From IMG/VR virus record IMGVR_UViG_3300036782_000053, positions 1 to 41,216 of that record: a stretch of 41,216 bases of DNA, one strand, 5' to 3'. The translations under genes were made by a program, and so were the position numbers. Source of the DNA: a virus. How positions within the stretch are numbered: the stretch's first letter is position 1; every line of letters starts with the position of its first letter. Below are positions 14,966 to 24,678 of the stretch, one piece after another. The notes under the pieces are model-generated. The model saw nothing but the letters and a program-made list of their open reading frames with translations. It had not been told where the DNA came from and searched no databases.

Positions 14966-15709
14966 ATGGATGTAAAGTTACTAGCGTATACACAATTATC
15001 AGGAGAGTTTTTTGATGAATTAGCAAAGAATGTGGATGGAGTATTTACGGATGATTGCACTTTTATCCCATCAGACGGACAAGCTATTGCCCTCTCAGCA
15101 ATCCGTACTTGCTACTCACCTAACAAACCTAGTGAGATTGTAGGTCTAGAGGGTGAAAAATACTTTAAACAAAAGGCTACTGAAGGAGAAGGTAAAGAAG
15201 TAGATCGACTCATTAGACATATTGTAGGTTCGGGCCACACTTCAACATTGGAACATTTAACATATACTTTTTCAGTTGAAGGAGTCAGTCGAGCGCTCCT
15301 AGCTCAATTAACCCGTCACAGAGTAGGCTTTAGTTATTCGGTGCAGTCACAGCGATATGTAAAGCAGTCAACGGATAGTAGGCACGGCGGTTTCGAATGG
15401 GTAATACCTGAAAAGATTGAAAATGATATTGATGCAGAAAGAATGTTTGTACAGGCTATGAACAGAGCGCAAATGGCTTATGACTTACTTATTGCAGCAG
15501 GAGTACCTCAAGAAGATGCAAGGGCAGTCCTACCAAATGCAGCTACAACAAACTTAGTTTTAACAGTCAATTTACGTAGCTTACTAGACTTCTATTCTAA
15601 ACGGAGAAAAGGAAATGGGGCGCAGTATGAGATCACAGAGTTAGTGGAACGGTTACGTGAAGAGGTTGTAAAAGTTGAACAGTGGACGGATGAATTCTTT
15701 AAAAACTAA
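14966..15709 (+). CDS. thyX: FAD-dependent thymidylate synthase ThyX
   Basis: ThyX signature RHRVGFSYSVQSQRY. The start at ATG 14966 (RBS GGAG) is preferred over 14951. Confidence 0.9.
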   Translation: MDVKLLAYTQLSGEFFDELAKNVDGVFTDDCTFIPSDGQAIALSAIRTCYSPNKPSEIVGLEGEKYFKQKATEGEGKEVDRLIRHIVGSGHTSTLEHLTYTFSVEGVSRALLAQLTRHRVGFSYSVQSQRYVKQSTDSRHGGFEWVIPEKIENDIDAERMFVQAMNRAQMAYDLLIAAGVPQEDARAVLPNAATTNLVLTVNLRSLLDFYSKRRKGNGAQYEITELVERLREEVVKVEQWTDEFFKN

Positions 15710-15746
15710 ATAAAAACGCTATTTTATTAGAAAAGGAGAATGAAAA

Positions 15747-15941
15747 GTGAACTTAAAGGAGTACGTCGTTTATAAAGGTGAATCATTGCTATGTATTGGA
15801 ACTATACAGGAATGCGCTGATTATATGGGCGTACTTCCTGCGACAGTTCGTTTTTATACAAGACCAGCGTATCAAAGGAGAATAACAAGTCGGAAGAATG
15901 CTAGAAATTATATAACTGTTACGGAATTGGAGGAAGATTAA
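15747..15941 (+). CDS. Hypothetical protein (64 aa)
   Basis: AAAAGGAG RBS before the GTG start. Confidence 0.55.
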   Translation: MNLKEYVVYKGESLLCIGTIQECADYMGVLPATVRFYTRPAYQRRITSRKNARNYITVTELEED

Positions 15942-15971
15942 TATAAAAATTTCATTTTGTAGAAAAGGGGA

Positions 15972-16223
15972 ATGGATATGAATAAGTGGAGTACATTGCA
16001 AATTAGAGCCTGGAAGAGTTACATACAACAAGAAGAAAAAGATATAACTCGTTATAAAAATGGAATTGATTGTTTAAAAGAAAAAATAATAAATTATGAG
16101 TCCTTATTAGAAAACTCGTATAAGAGGGTAAATCGTATGGAATCTGAACTAATTGAGCAAGGTTGGAAGTTAGAAAGTGGGGAATGGGTCCGAGTTGATG
16201 ATACAAAACAAAAGAGCAGCTAG
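15972..16223 (+). CDS. Hypothetical protein (83 aa)
   Basis: AAAGGGG RBS. The start may be the second ATG at 15978. Confidence 0.55.
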   Translation: MDMNKWSTLQIRAWKSYIQQEEKDITRYKNGIDCLKEKIINYESLLENSYKRVNRMESELIEQGWKLESGEWVRVDDTKQKSS

Positions 16224-16399
16224 CAAAAGCTAACTTTTCATTTCTTACGAAAAAACGGCTCTATATAATAAGGAAATTAAACGTTTAAATTAATTTCGAA
16301 TGTCATAGGTCTTGTGGACGGTAAAACGTCTAAAAACGTGTAATAACACTATATAAAATGATTCATCGGTTTGAGGTGAAATTACAAGGGGGAAAAACG

Positions 16400-16522
16400 A
16401 TGAAAAAGCATAAAAAACGTAAAGTTAGGAAAGCAATCGCTCGTAGAGCTAAATCAGTTGAAAAATATCGTGTTGAAACGGCATGGAGAAATATATTCGT
16501 ACAAGCTGGCATCCTAAAATAA
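16400..16522 (+). CDS. Possible 40-aa highly basic peptide overlapping the start of the ArpU-like gene
   Basis: AAGGGGG 8 nt before the ATG. Translation MKKHKKRKVRKAIARRAKSVEKYRVETAWRNIFVQAGILK. Overlaps the next ORF by 40 nt. Confidence 0.35.
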   Translation: MKKHKKRKVRKAIARRAKSVEKYRVETAWRNIFVQAGILK

Positions 16523-16935
16523 GTGAGGTGGCATACACATTGCTAGAATGGTTAAAAGATTATCAAAAGTTAGAAGATGAAATTACTTATCTAGAACATG
16601 ATTTGGATAGAAGTAAGCGAGAACTGAAACGTTGGGTTTTTGGAGACTTACAAGAAGTACGTTTAACTGCTGATTCAGAAGGAGCAAAACTGGAAGATCG
16701 TATTGCTTTTCGTGAACGTGAATTAGCTAATAAAATGGATGACATGTATAAACTGAAAAAGCTAATAAGCGCATTCAAAGGATTGGAAAATAAAATTGCA
16801 TATCACAAGTATGTGGAGGGAATGACGCTAGAAGAAATAGCCGAGCACATGAGTTATAGTGCGAGTTACGTTTACAAGAAACATGCTGAGATCATAAAAA
16901 GAATAAAGTTCGTTGAAGAACTTGCACTTTACTGA
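16483..16935 (+). CDS. ArpU/RinA-like late-gene transcriptional regulator (sigma region-4-like C terminus)
   Basis: 150 aa. C-terminal YHKYVEGMTLEEIAEHMSYSASYVYKKHAEIIKRI HTH. Last gene before the packaging module. Confidence 0.6.
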   Translation: MEKYIRTSWHPKISEVAYTLLEWLKDYQKLEDEITYLEHDLDRSKRELKRWVFGDLQEVRLTADSEGAKLEDRIAFRERELANKMDDMYKLKKLISAFKGLENKIAYHKYVEGMTLEEIAEHMSYSASYVYKKHAEIIKRIKFVEELALY

Positions 16936-17367
16936 CACCCAGTTTTGAGTATGTTAACCCTTGTAAAAATGGATTATAGTAATAACATAAAGAATTGACG
17001 AAAGGGCGACTGAATGTATCGGTTGCTCTTTTATCGTATACGGACATTAAAATATCACGTACCGGATTAATAACAGAAAATAAGAAAAGAAAGTAGTTAG
17101 GGGAATCTCTTCTTAATTAAAAATATAGTTAGTTAACAAAGTGAAGTTTATGCAAGAAATAAGAAAAGATGAGTGGTAGAAACGTTGTTAAATCAACGAT
17201 GTATAAAATCTGCATAACGTTATAAAACAAGAATCGCTCAACCATGCGTATTTCCCATGTTAATGACTGTCATATAATAACTATTATGTAAACTAAAACT
17301 GTAAGGTCTATTCATTTCCCTGTATAAATTAAATTAGACTATGAAATTATTAATATAAGATTCTTTT

Positions 17368-17391
17368 AGCATCCAATTGGGTGCTTTTTTA
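17368..17391 (+). terminator. Terminator-like hairpin at the end of a 450-bp noncoding gap
   Basis: AGCATCC-AATT-GGGTGCT followed by TTTTTTATTT. Confidence 0.6.
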
Positions 17392-17419
17392 TTTCGCAAA
17401 TATAAAGGCTGGTGTAGCT

Positions 17420-17746
17420 ATGCAACCTTTAACAATACAAGAGATTAATAAACTATATGAACAAGATAATATCATTAAGTTCTATAAGCATCCATATTGG
17501 CGGAAGCACATAAGAATATCAGCGCTCGATCGAGATAATAGCGAGTGCCAAGAATGTAAGCGTAACGGTAAGTATAGCAAGGGTAGGAACGTTCACCATA
17601 TCAAAGAGTTACGTGACAGACCAGACTTAGCGTATATACTAAGCAATCTAGAAACGTTATGTATTCAATGCCATAACAAAGAGCACGGCAAAGAGAAGAA
17701 CATAGTAAAGAAGCGTTGCACGATAGTAGATGAAGAGAGGTGGTAA
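17420..17746 (+). CDS. HNH endonuclease (packaging-associated)
   Basis: ECQECKRNG...VHHIKELRDRPDLAYILSNLETLCIQCHNKEH. ATG 17420 is preferred over the track start. Confidence 0.85.
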   Translation: MQPLTIQEINKLYEQDNIIKFYKHPYWRKHIRISALDRDNSECQECKRNGKYSKGRNVHHIKELRDRPDLAYILSNLETLCIQCHNKEHGKEKNIVKKRCTIVDEERW

Positions 17747-17750
17747 TGCA

Positions 17751-17900
17751 ATGGATGCTAAAGAGTTTGAAGAACAACTAATGAATGTTGGACAGTTAGC
17801 GAAACACTTGCTTATTACGGAAGACGATATAATCAAGGCTGCTGAAACGTTAAGAAGTGCGGGGTATTCTATTGATGAAATCATTAACCATACAAGGTAA
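17751..17900 (+). CDS. Hypothetical 49-aa protein
   Basis: ATG 4 nt after the HNH stop. Translation MDAKEFEEQLMNVGQLAKHLLITEDDIIKAAETLRSAGYSIDEIINHTR. Confidence 0.45.
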   Translation: MDAKEFEEQLMNVGQLAKHLLITEDDIIKAAETLRSAGYSIDEIINHTR

Positions 17901-18183
17901 CACATATGACTTGTCTATTATCAATAAGTTAATAGATGTTGGAATAGTTGAAGCTACTACAAATGAGACTGAGATATACAAACAGTTTCGTGAAGATATC
18001 TACACAACATACAAACAGATAAGACACATATGTAATCCAAGAGCATGTGAGAAGACTACACTTGAAACAGTAAAGAAAAGTCTACGTGAACATTGGTTAG
18101 AACATTATCTAAATATGAATTTAACAGAAGCTCACATTGTTATTGACTATGCTGAGCTATTCTTTGGTTTAGCTATAAAATAA
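17875..18183 (+). CDS. Hypothetical protein (102 aa)
   Basis: ORF starting MKSLTIQGNTYDL. Overlaps the previous small ORF. Confidence 0.55.
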   Translation: MKSLTIQGNTYDLSIINKLIDVGIVEATTNETEIYKQFREDIYTTYKQIRHICNPRACEKTTLETVKKSLREHWLEHYLNMNLTEAHIVIDYAELFFGLAIK

Positions 18184-18199
18184 TTTAAAATAAATTTCC

Positions 18200-18300
18200 C
18201 AAGACACCCCCCGGGTAAAATATAGAAACAATTTTGCTGGGGGACCAGGCAACGCGGGGGGGATTTCTCTTTTTATTTTCGCGTTACGCGCGTGAGACAG
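18200..18300. other. Candidate cos region: isolated G/C tracts in AT-rich noncoding DNA between the HNH and terminase genes
   Basis: ACACCCCCCGGGT (18205-18217), GCTGGGGGACCAGGCAACGCGGGGGGGA (18236-18263), CGCGTTACGCGCG (18281-18293). Followed by A/T-rich bent-looking DNA up to terS. Confidence 0.5.
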
Positions 18301-18476
18301 AAAAAAAGCGCAAAAAAATACACTATCCTTCTCTCTGGATAGCGTTCGCTTTTCGTTTATTTCGTTGTTTTTTTTACCGTTTCTTTCCTGTTAATTAAAT
18401 AATAAATCATATTTTTCGAAAAAACAAGATGAAAATAAACTTTTTCTAAATTAATTAATGAAAGTGTGGTGATACC

Positions 18477-18926
18477 GTGGCAATCAAGAAAAAGAACTAT
18501 GAATTGGCTTTTGAAGACTATAAAAACGGCATGTCATACGCTGATATTGCTATAAAATACGGCGTTGCTGAAACTACTGTCCGTGATACGTGGCGTAAGC
18601 GACATTGGAAGGAAGCGTTAGAAGAACATACTAACTTACGAGATAAGATTCGTGATGATTTGCTAGGTCAAATGAGGTCAAACGGTGTCATTCACGGACA
18701 TTTTCTTGATTTAGTTGAAGATTACATGGCAATGTGGGATATCAAAAACAATTTGATTGCTGATATCGAAGAACGCGGTGTATCTGTATTAGGTGCTAAT
18801 GGATTTATGAAGAAAAACGATAGCATTAACGAGTTGAATAAGACTAATACACAAATGTTAAAGATTCTTAATGAGTTGGGCCTTAAAGCGGTAAGTGAGG
18901 ATGTTGACGATGATGCAGAAGTCTAA
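18477..18926 (+). CDS. terS: Terminase small subunit
   Basis: 149 aa. N-terminal HTH (MSYADIAIKYGVAETTVRDTWRKRHW). Immediately upstream of, and overlapping, the large subunit gene. Confidence 0.75.
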   Translation: MAIKKKNYELAFEDYKNGMSYADIAIKYGVAETTVRDTWRKRHWKEALEEHTNLRDKIRDDLLGQMRSNGVIHGHFLDLVEDYMAMWDIKNNLIADIEERGVSVLGANGFMKKNDSINELNKTNTQMLKILNELGLKAVSEDVDDDAEV

Positions 18927-20577
18927 TCTTCCTTATAAATACCACCCTTACATTAGTGAGTACATGTATAGTGTGGAAAGCGGAATAATCAGATCATGTA
19001 AAGAACAAAAGCAATTAATGGCCTTAGTTCGAAAAACTTTAGATGATCCAAATGTTTATGTTGACGTTCAAGCGATTGAAGATAGTGTTAATATTCCTGC
19101 TAAGTATTACCCGTTCGAATTGTTCGCCTGGCAACGATTCGTTAACGCTTGTGTGTTTGGTGTTAGATACAAGGACAGTGACCGTTTGGTTTGGAATCAA
19201 ATACTTATTTTAATGGGTCGTGGTGGTGGTAAAAACGGATATGCTGGTTATTTGAATTTCTACATGATTTCTAAACAGTTTGGCATCGATAACTACCACG
19301 TTGAATGGATCGCAACATCAGAAGAACAGGCAAAAACTACATTCAAAGACGTGAAAGATGTAATAGAAAAACCTGCAAATAAGGTTTTAAAGAAATCTTT
19401 TAGCGCAACTAAGGTACTTATTCAACATAAAACACATAAATCTCACATCAAATACAATACTTCTAATGCTAGAACGAAAGATGGTTTACGTCCTGGTGCT
19501 GTTTTCTTTGATGAAATTCATGAATATGAAGACTATTCATCCATTAAAGTATTCCGTTCGGCTTTAGGTAAAGTAAAGGACGGTCGAACATTCTATTTAA
19601 CTACCGACGGGTATGTCCGTGGCGGTGTTTTAGATGATTACAAAGAGAAAGCGCGCATGATTCTAAGTGGAGAAGTTGAAAACAGTAAGATTTTCCCCTT
19701 CATCTGCAAATTGGATTCTGAAGAAGAAGTAGAAGACATTGCAAACTGGGAAAAAGCTAATCCTTCAATTAGAGATAACAAAGAATTATTTGAAACGATG
19801 AAAGAGGAATGGACCGATTGTCAAACGTCTATTCCGATGCATGTTGAATTCATGACAAAACGGATGAACATCCCAAAGCAGTTATTTCAACATAAGATTG
19901 CTACTTATGAGGATCTTCTTGCGACAGATCAAGAACTACCAGACGATTTACACAAATATGAATGTATTGGTGGTGTGGATTACGCGGAGTTACGCGACTT
20001 CTGCAGCGTCGGTTTGCTATTTAAACGACAGGGGAAGCGTTATTGGATTCACCACACGTTTATATGGCATCAGGCGTTGAAAATGCAGGATATTAATCAA
20101 GATATTATAGATATAGGTGTGGAAAAAGGACTCTTCACCATCGTCTACGATAAGGAAATTAAACCTGAACGTGTTATTAATTGGTTTTTAGAAAAAGCGA
20201 AAACTTATAGCATTAAATATTTAGCAATTGATAAATTTCGTTCTGTTATTCTGAAACCTTTATTAGAACAAGCAGGATTCAATGACCGCGTACAGGTTGT
20301 GCGTCGTGGACAGTATATACATGCTATGTTAGACCCTCTCATTCAACATTTGTTTATTAATCATAACATTGTATTTTCTGATGACCCTGTTATGCGTTGG
20401 TATTGTGGGAATATCTATGTGGACGAACTAGGGAATGGCTCAAAAGAATATAAAAAAATCGACCCTGTCAAAAGAAAAACTGACGGGTTTTTTGCATTCA
20501 CACACGCGCTCAATTTCGATGGTGATCTTGAAGACTATGCAGTCGATTTAAACGATATGCAAGTATGGTCATTCTAA
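18910..20577 (+). CDS. terL: Terminase large subunit
   Basis: Walker A LMGRGGGKNGY, Walker B-like VFFDEIHE, C-terminal nuclease-size domain. The start at ATG 18910 is 9 nt after GAGG. Confidence 0.9.
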   Translation: MMQKSNLPYKYHPYISEYMYSVESGIIRSCKEQKQLMALVRKTLDDPNVYVDVQAIEDSVNIPAKYYPFELFAWQRFVNACVFGVRYKDSDRLVWNQILILMGRGGGKNGYAGYLNFYMISKQFGIDNYHVEWIATSEEQAKTTFKDVKDVIEKPANKVLKKSFSATKVLIQHKTHKSHIKYNTSNARTKDGLRPGAVFFDEIHEYEDYSSIKVFRSALGKVKDGRTFYLTTDGYVRGGVLDDYKEKARMILSGEVENSKIFPFICKLDSEEEVEDIANWEKANPSIRDNKELFETMKEEWTDCQTSIPMHVEFMTKRMNIPKQLFQHKIATYEDLLATDQELPDDLHKYECIGGVDYAELRDFCSVGLLFKRQGKRYWIHHTFIWHQALKMQDINQDIIDIGVEKGLFTIVYDKEIKPERVINWFLEKAKTYSIKYLAIDKFRSVILKPLLEQAGFNDRVQVVRRGQYIHAMLDPLIQHLFINHNIVFSDDPVMRWYCGNIYVDELGNGSKEYKKIDPVKRKTDGFFAFTHALNFDGDLEDYAVDLNDMQVWSF

Positions 20578-20593
20578 GAAAGGGGGTGAAAAA

Positions 20594-21820
20594 ATGGGTA
20601 TTCGTAATTTATTAAAAAGTTTTTTAGGCGGTGGAACTGGTACTATTCCTGATCTTGATTGTGCAGCTATTACTTTGAAATCCGAAATTGCTTATAAAAA
20701 GTTATATGTTAATGCAGCTATCGAATTAATTGCACGTAGTTTAGTAGCTTGTGATTTTGAATCATACAGAAATGGCAAGTTAAAACGAAGTTTAAACTAC
20801 TATCAATTAAATGTAGCGCCAAATAAGAATGAAAATGCACATGAATTTTGGAATAAGGTTGTACACCAATTAGTTTATGAAAATGAAGCGTTAATTTTAT
20901 TTATAGGTGAAGAATTGTGGATAGCTGAATCGTTTCATCGTGAAACTACGAATGGTTTTAATGAGTATGTTTACAAAAGTGTTTCGGTTAACAACAAATT
21001 ATTAACTCAAACATTTAGAGAACAAGACGTTCTATATCTGAGTCTTTCTGAAGAATCAATAAACAATGTGATTGATAGTTTATATAGTTCATATGGGTTA
21101 TTACTTGCAAAAGCTATGTCTGATTATAAAGGCAATGGAAGAAGACGTTTCTTGATTAGAGGACGATTTATGAGTTCATTAACTGATGAAGCGGGAAAAG
21201 CAGCGCAAGAACTATTTGAGGAAAAAATGAAAGATTATTCTGATTCAGAAAAACAAACTGCTGTTTTATTCCTTCCTGAAAACGTAACAATGGAAGATCA
21301 AAGTAAAGACCCACGAAACTTAGATACACGAGACATTAAAAACTTAGCAAAAGATATGTTAGATTTCGTTGCGACTGCCTTCCACATTCCTCCTTCATTA
21401 CTAAGTGGAATAAGTGAAGGCGGCATTTCAACAACAGGTAATCCTACTGGCGATTTAGATAACTTTATCATATTCGCAGTAAGACCAATAGGGGAAATGA
21501 TTGCTAACGAATATAACAAAAAAATGTTCTCTAGAGAACAATATTTAAGCAAAACGTATATTAGATTCAACATGGACAACTTTAAATTGTTCGATCTTAC
21601 TAAGTTTGCTAATGCGGTTGACAAGCTATTTGCAGTCGGTGGCATGAGTATAAACGATGTATTAGAACGGTTAGGAAAAGAACAAATAAAAGAAGAATGG
21701 GCTAATGAACGTTATGTCACTAAGAACTATGAGAGAGCAAGGATAAGTGGAACTATGAAAGGGGGTGACGATATTGGAAATGGAAAAGATTCAACCAAAA
21801 TTCCTAATGATGGACAATAG
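20594..21820 (+). CDS. Portal protein (HK97-type)
   Basis: 408 aa, immediately after terL and followed by the ClpP-like protease and capsid genes. AAGGGGGTG RBS. Confidence 0.85.
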   Translation: MGIRNLLKSFLGGGTGTIPDLDCAAITLKSEIAYKKLYVNAAIELIARSLVACDFESYRNGKLKRSLNYYQLNVAPNKNENAHEFWNKVVHQLVYENEALILFIGEELWIAESFHRETTNGFNEYVYKSVSVNNKLLTQTFREQDVLYLSLSEESINNVIDSLYSSYGLLLAKAMSDYKGNGRRRFLIRGRFMSSLTDEAGKAAQELFEEKMKDYSDSEKQTAVLFLPENVTMEDQSKDPRNLDTRDIKNLAKDMLDFVATAFHIPPSLLSGISEGGISTTGNPTGDLDNFIIFAVRPIGEMIANEYNKKMFSREQYLSKTYIRFNMDNFKLFDLTKFANAVDKLFAVGGMSINDVLERLGKEQIKEEWANERYVTKNYERARISGTMKGGDDIGNGKDSTKIPNDGQ

Positions 21821-22490
21821 CGGTAATACTTCAAAAGAGGTTGTTTACATGTATGGTGTTGTCGGTTCTGGGTGGTATGGCGATATTTCGGCACAGGGTG
21901 TACGCGAAATGCTAGACAGTGTAACAGCTGGCGAAATTGAAGTTCATATTAATTCTTTTGGTGGTGATGCTTTTGAAGGTATTGCAATTTGTAATTACTT
22001 ACGAAATCATCCTGCTAACATTACGGCAGTTATTGACGGAATTGCAGCGAGTGCAGCCTCCTTAATTGCAATGGGCGCTAATAAAGTTGTAATGCCATCT
22101 AATACAACAATGATGGTACACCGTGCCGCAACTTATGCATACGGAAACGCTGATTCATTAGAAAAACAAGCAAAAATGTTACGAGATGTTGATTCAGCTT
22201 TAATTCAATCATACAAGAATCGTTTTAATGGTGAGTTCTTTGAACTAGAAGCACTATTAGACAATGAAACTTACATGACTGCCGAAAAAGCTAAATCATA
22301 TGGTCTTTGTGACGAGATTGTCGACTCTATTGATAACAGTGTGGACAGTGAATCTGAAATTAAAGAAGAACAAAAGGTTATTGAAAATTCTACTGCTGCT
22401 ACTATCGAAAACGAAGTAGACAAGCGTGCAGTAAACGCCGAAAGAGCGGCTGGCTTTATAGCTGCTCTATTCCAATCTATTAAAAATTAG
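21765..22490 (+). CDS. ClpP-like head maturation protease
   Basis: INSFGGDAFEGIAICNYL and IDGIAASAASLIAMGANKVVMPSNTTMMVHRA motifs. Start uncertain (GTG 21765, TTG 21774 or ATG 21780). Confidence 0.85.
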   Translation: MTILEMEKIQPKFLMMDNSGNTSKEVVYMYGVVGSGWYGDISAQGVREMLDSVTAGEIEVHINSFGGDAFEGIAICNYLRNHPANITAVIDGIAASAASLIAMGANKVVMPSNTTMMVHRAATYAYGNADSLEKQAKMLRDVDSALIQSYKNRFNGEFFELEALLDNETYMTAEKAKSYGLCDEIVDSIDNSVDSESEIKEEQKVIENSTAATIENEVDKRAVNAERAAGFIAALFQSIKN

Positions 22491-22503
22491 GGGGAACTTT
22501 ACA

Positions 22504-23628
22504 ATGGGTAAAGACTTAGAAACAAAAGTTGACAATAAAAAGAATTTAAGCGAGGTTTTAGCGTCGGGGACACCTGAGCAAGTAGATAACGCTTTAGTAC
22601 AATTCGCACAGGGTATTCAAAATGAAATTTTAGCTCAAGCATCTGTTCAATCTAGCGACCAAGCTGTTTTGGCTGCTCGTGGTGGACGCGCTTTGACTAG
22701 TCAAGAAACAAAATATTATAACGAAGTAATTGCAGGCAACTCTTTCGCCGGTACGGAAGCATTAGTGCCGCCAACTGTTATCGAACGAGTATTTGAAGAC
22801 TTAGTTCAATCACACGAATTACTTTCAAAAATTAACTTTGTAAACGTTGGCGCTTTGACTGAATGGATTCTAAAAAAAGGTGATATCCAAACTGCTTTCT
22901 GGGGAAAATTATGTGCAGCTCATAAAGAGTTACTTGATGAAGGTTTCGAAACAATTAATATCAGCCAATACAAATTATCTGCTTTCATGCCTGTATGTAA
23001 AGCGATGCTTGATCTTGGCCCGACTTGGTTAGACCGTTATGTTCGCACGGTATTAGTTGAATCTTTAAAAATCGCTCTAGAATTAGCTATCGTTCGCGGT
23101 ACTGGTAAAGATCAGCCTATTGGTATGATGCAAGATTTATTAACTGTATCTGGTGGTGTTCACGCTGATAAATCTGTAACAGCTACTCTAAAAGACTTAT
23201 CTCCTTACACACTAGGAAACATCATGGCGTTACTTACTCGTGATGGTAAACGCAATCCTGACAATGTAATGCTTATCGTGAATCCAGTTGATTACTGGGC
23301 TAGAATTTACGGCTACACTACACGTCCTAATGCTGATGGTACTTATGCTTACAACGTTCTTCCGATTCCTGGTTCAATCGTTAAATCTCACGCTGTTCCA
23401 AAAGGAAAAATGGTTGTAGGTATGGCTAAAGATTACTTCTTAGGATTAGGTGGCGCACAACGTCTAGATGTGTACGACCAAACTCGTGCTATCGAAGATG
23501 AAGACTTATACATTGCTAAAATGTACGCTAATGGTCGCGCTGATCGCAATGATTCATTCTTAGTTTACGATATTACTGGTTTAGTTGATACAAACGCGCC
23601 TGTTATTACCCCACCAGCTGGAAAATAA
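22504..23628 (+). CDS. Major capsid protein (HK97 fold family)
   Basis: 374 aa, after the protease. Strong RBS. Typical size and position. Confidence 0.85.
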   Translation: MGKDLETKVDNKKNLSEVLASGTPEQVDNALVQFAQGIQNEILAQASVQSSDQAVLAARGGRALTSQETKYYNEVIAGNSFAGTEALVPPTVIERVFEDLVQSHELLSKINFVNVGALTEWILKKGDIQTAFWGKLCAAHKELLDEGFETINISQYKLSAFMPVCKAMLDLGPTWLDRYVRTVLVESLKIALELAIVRGTGKDQPIGMMQDLLTVSGGVHADKSVTATLKDLSPYTLGNIMALLTRDGKRNPDNVMLIVNPVDYWARIYGYTTRPNADGTYAYNVLPIPGSIVKSHAVPKGKMVVGMAKDYFLGLGGAQRLDVYDQTRAIEDEDLYIAKMYANGRADRNDSFLVYDITGLVDTNAPVITPPAGK

Positions 23629-23641
23629 GGAGTGATCCTTT

Positions 23642-23965
23642 ATGAGTGACAATCAATCACAGGCGACGTTACAGTCGCCTTTTGATTTGTTAGAAGATGT
23701 AAAACATGCACTAGCAATCACCTGGGATGAAGAAGACAAGGACATCATAAAGCTTATAGATCGTTCCGTTTACTTTATTAATGATTTAGTAGGCGCTGAA
23801 CTTGATCTATCTGTCAATTTATCCGCAAGGGAGTTAGTTATTAACCGTATTCGTTATGAATACAACAATGCGTTAGACAGTTTTGAAAGCAACTTCAGAC
23901 AACCACTTTCACGATTGATATTACACGTCGCAATCGATGAGAGGAAAAAGAACGATGGTAATTGA
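23642..23965 (+). CDS. Head-tail connector (gp6-like) protein
   Basis: 107 aa. Conserved position after the capsid gene. AAGGAG RBS. Confidence 0.65.
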   Translation: MSDNQSQATLQSPFDLLEDVKHALAITWDEEDKDIIKLIDRSVYFINDLVGAELDLSVNLSARELVINRIRYEYNNALDSFESNFRQPLSRLILHVAIDERKKNDGN

Positions 23966-24311
23966 ACAACATAGAAAAACATTTAATGACGGATTTGTTA
24001 GTGTTAAGGAGAGTAAAACGATTAGAAATAGTGCTAAAAAAGTAATCGGACGTGAAAATGTCGAGATTATTAAACTTAGATTTTCGGAACTTTCGTGTCG
24101 TGAAGTTGATATTCAATTAGCTGAAAGTATTGATAAAAAGTTAGATATGAAGATTGAAACGTTATACGCTCCTATGTTCAAGAATAAGGATGTGGACAAC
24201 CTAAAAATTGAATTACGAGGACATTCTTATAGCATCATTAAAGCGGATCGTTTTAAAAATAGCATGTATTTATACTTGCAAAAGGTAGGTGGTCTAGATG
24301 ACACTGAATGA
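23955..24311 (+). CDS. Head closure / head-tail adaptor protein
   Basis: 118 aa from ATG 23955 (RBS GAGAGGAAAAAG). Synteny only. Confidence 0.6.
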   Translation: MVIEQHRKTFNDGFVSVKESKTIRNSAKKVIGRENVEIIKLRFSELSCREVDIQLAESIDKKLDMKIETLYAPMFKNKDVDNLKIELRGHSYSIIKADRFKNSMYLYLQKVGGLDDTE

Positions 24312-24678
24312 TTTAATTGAAAAGTTTAATAGTAAACTTGTCCAACATTTAGAGTCTTTCTTCCACACTGAAGAAGTGTACCAGGATTCTGTTCAGGAAG
24401 ATGAAGCAAATTTATCTACGATCAACCATGTTGTATTTGAAACAGGTGGGTTTATTAGAGCTGGGGCAAGTACATTTACACAAGATGTAACAGTTTATTA
24501 CTTTTCAGAAAATCGTGAGGATTTAGATGTATTGCAAGTGGAGTTTATGAATTCGTTAAGTAAAACTGGCCACACATGTAATAAATCGCTCAAAGACAAA
24601 ATGAGGAAGAAAGATACAGAGTTTTTCGTTGATGTATTAACATTCGAACTTACAAGGAATGTAAAACATGCCTGCTAA
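24298..24678 (+). CDS. Neck / tail-completion protein
   Basis: 126 aa. Synteny only. Confidence 0.5.
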   Translation: MTLNDLIEKFNSKLVQHLESFFHTEEVYQDSVQEDEANLSTINHVVFETGGFIRAGASTFTQDVTVYYFSENREDLDVLQVEFMNSLSKTGHTCNKSLKDKMRKKDTEFFVDVLTFELTRNVKHAC

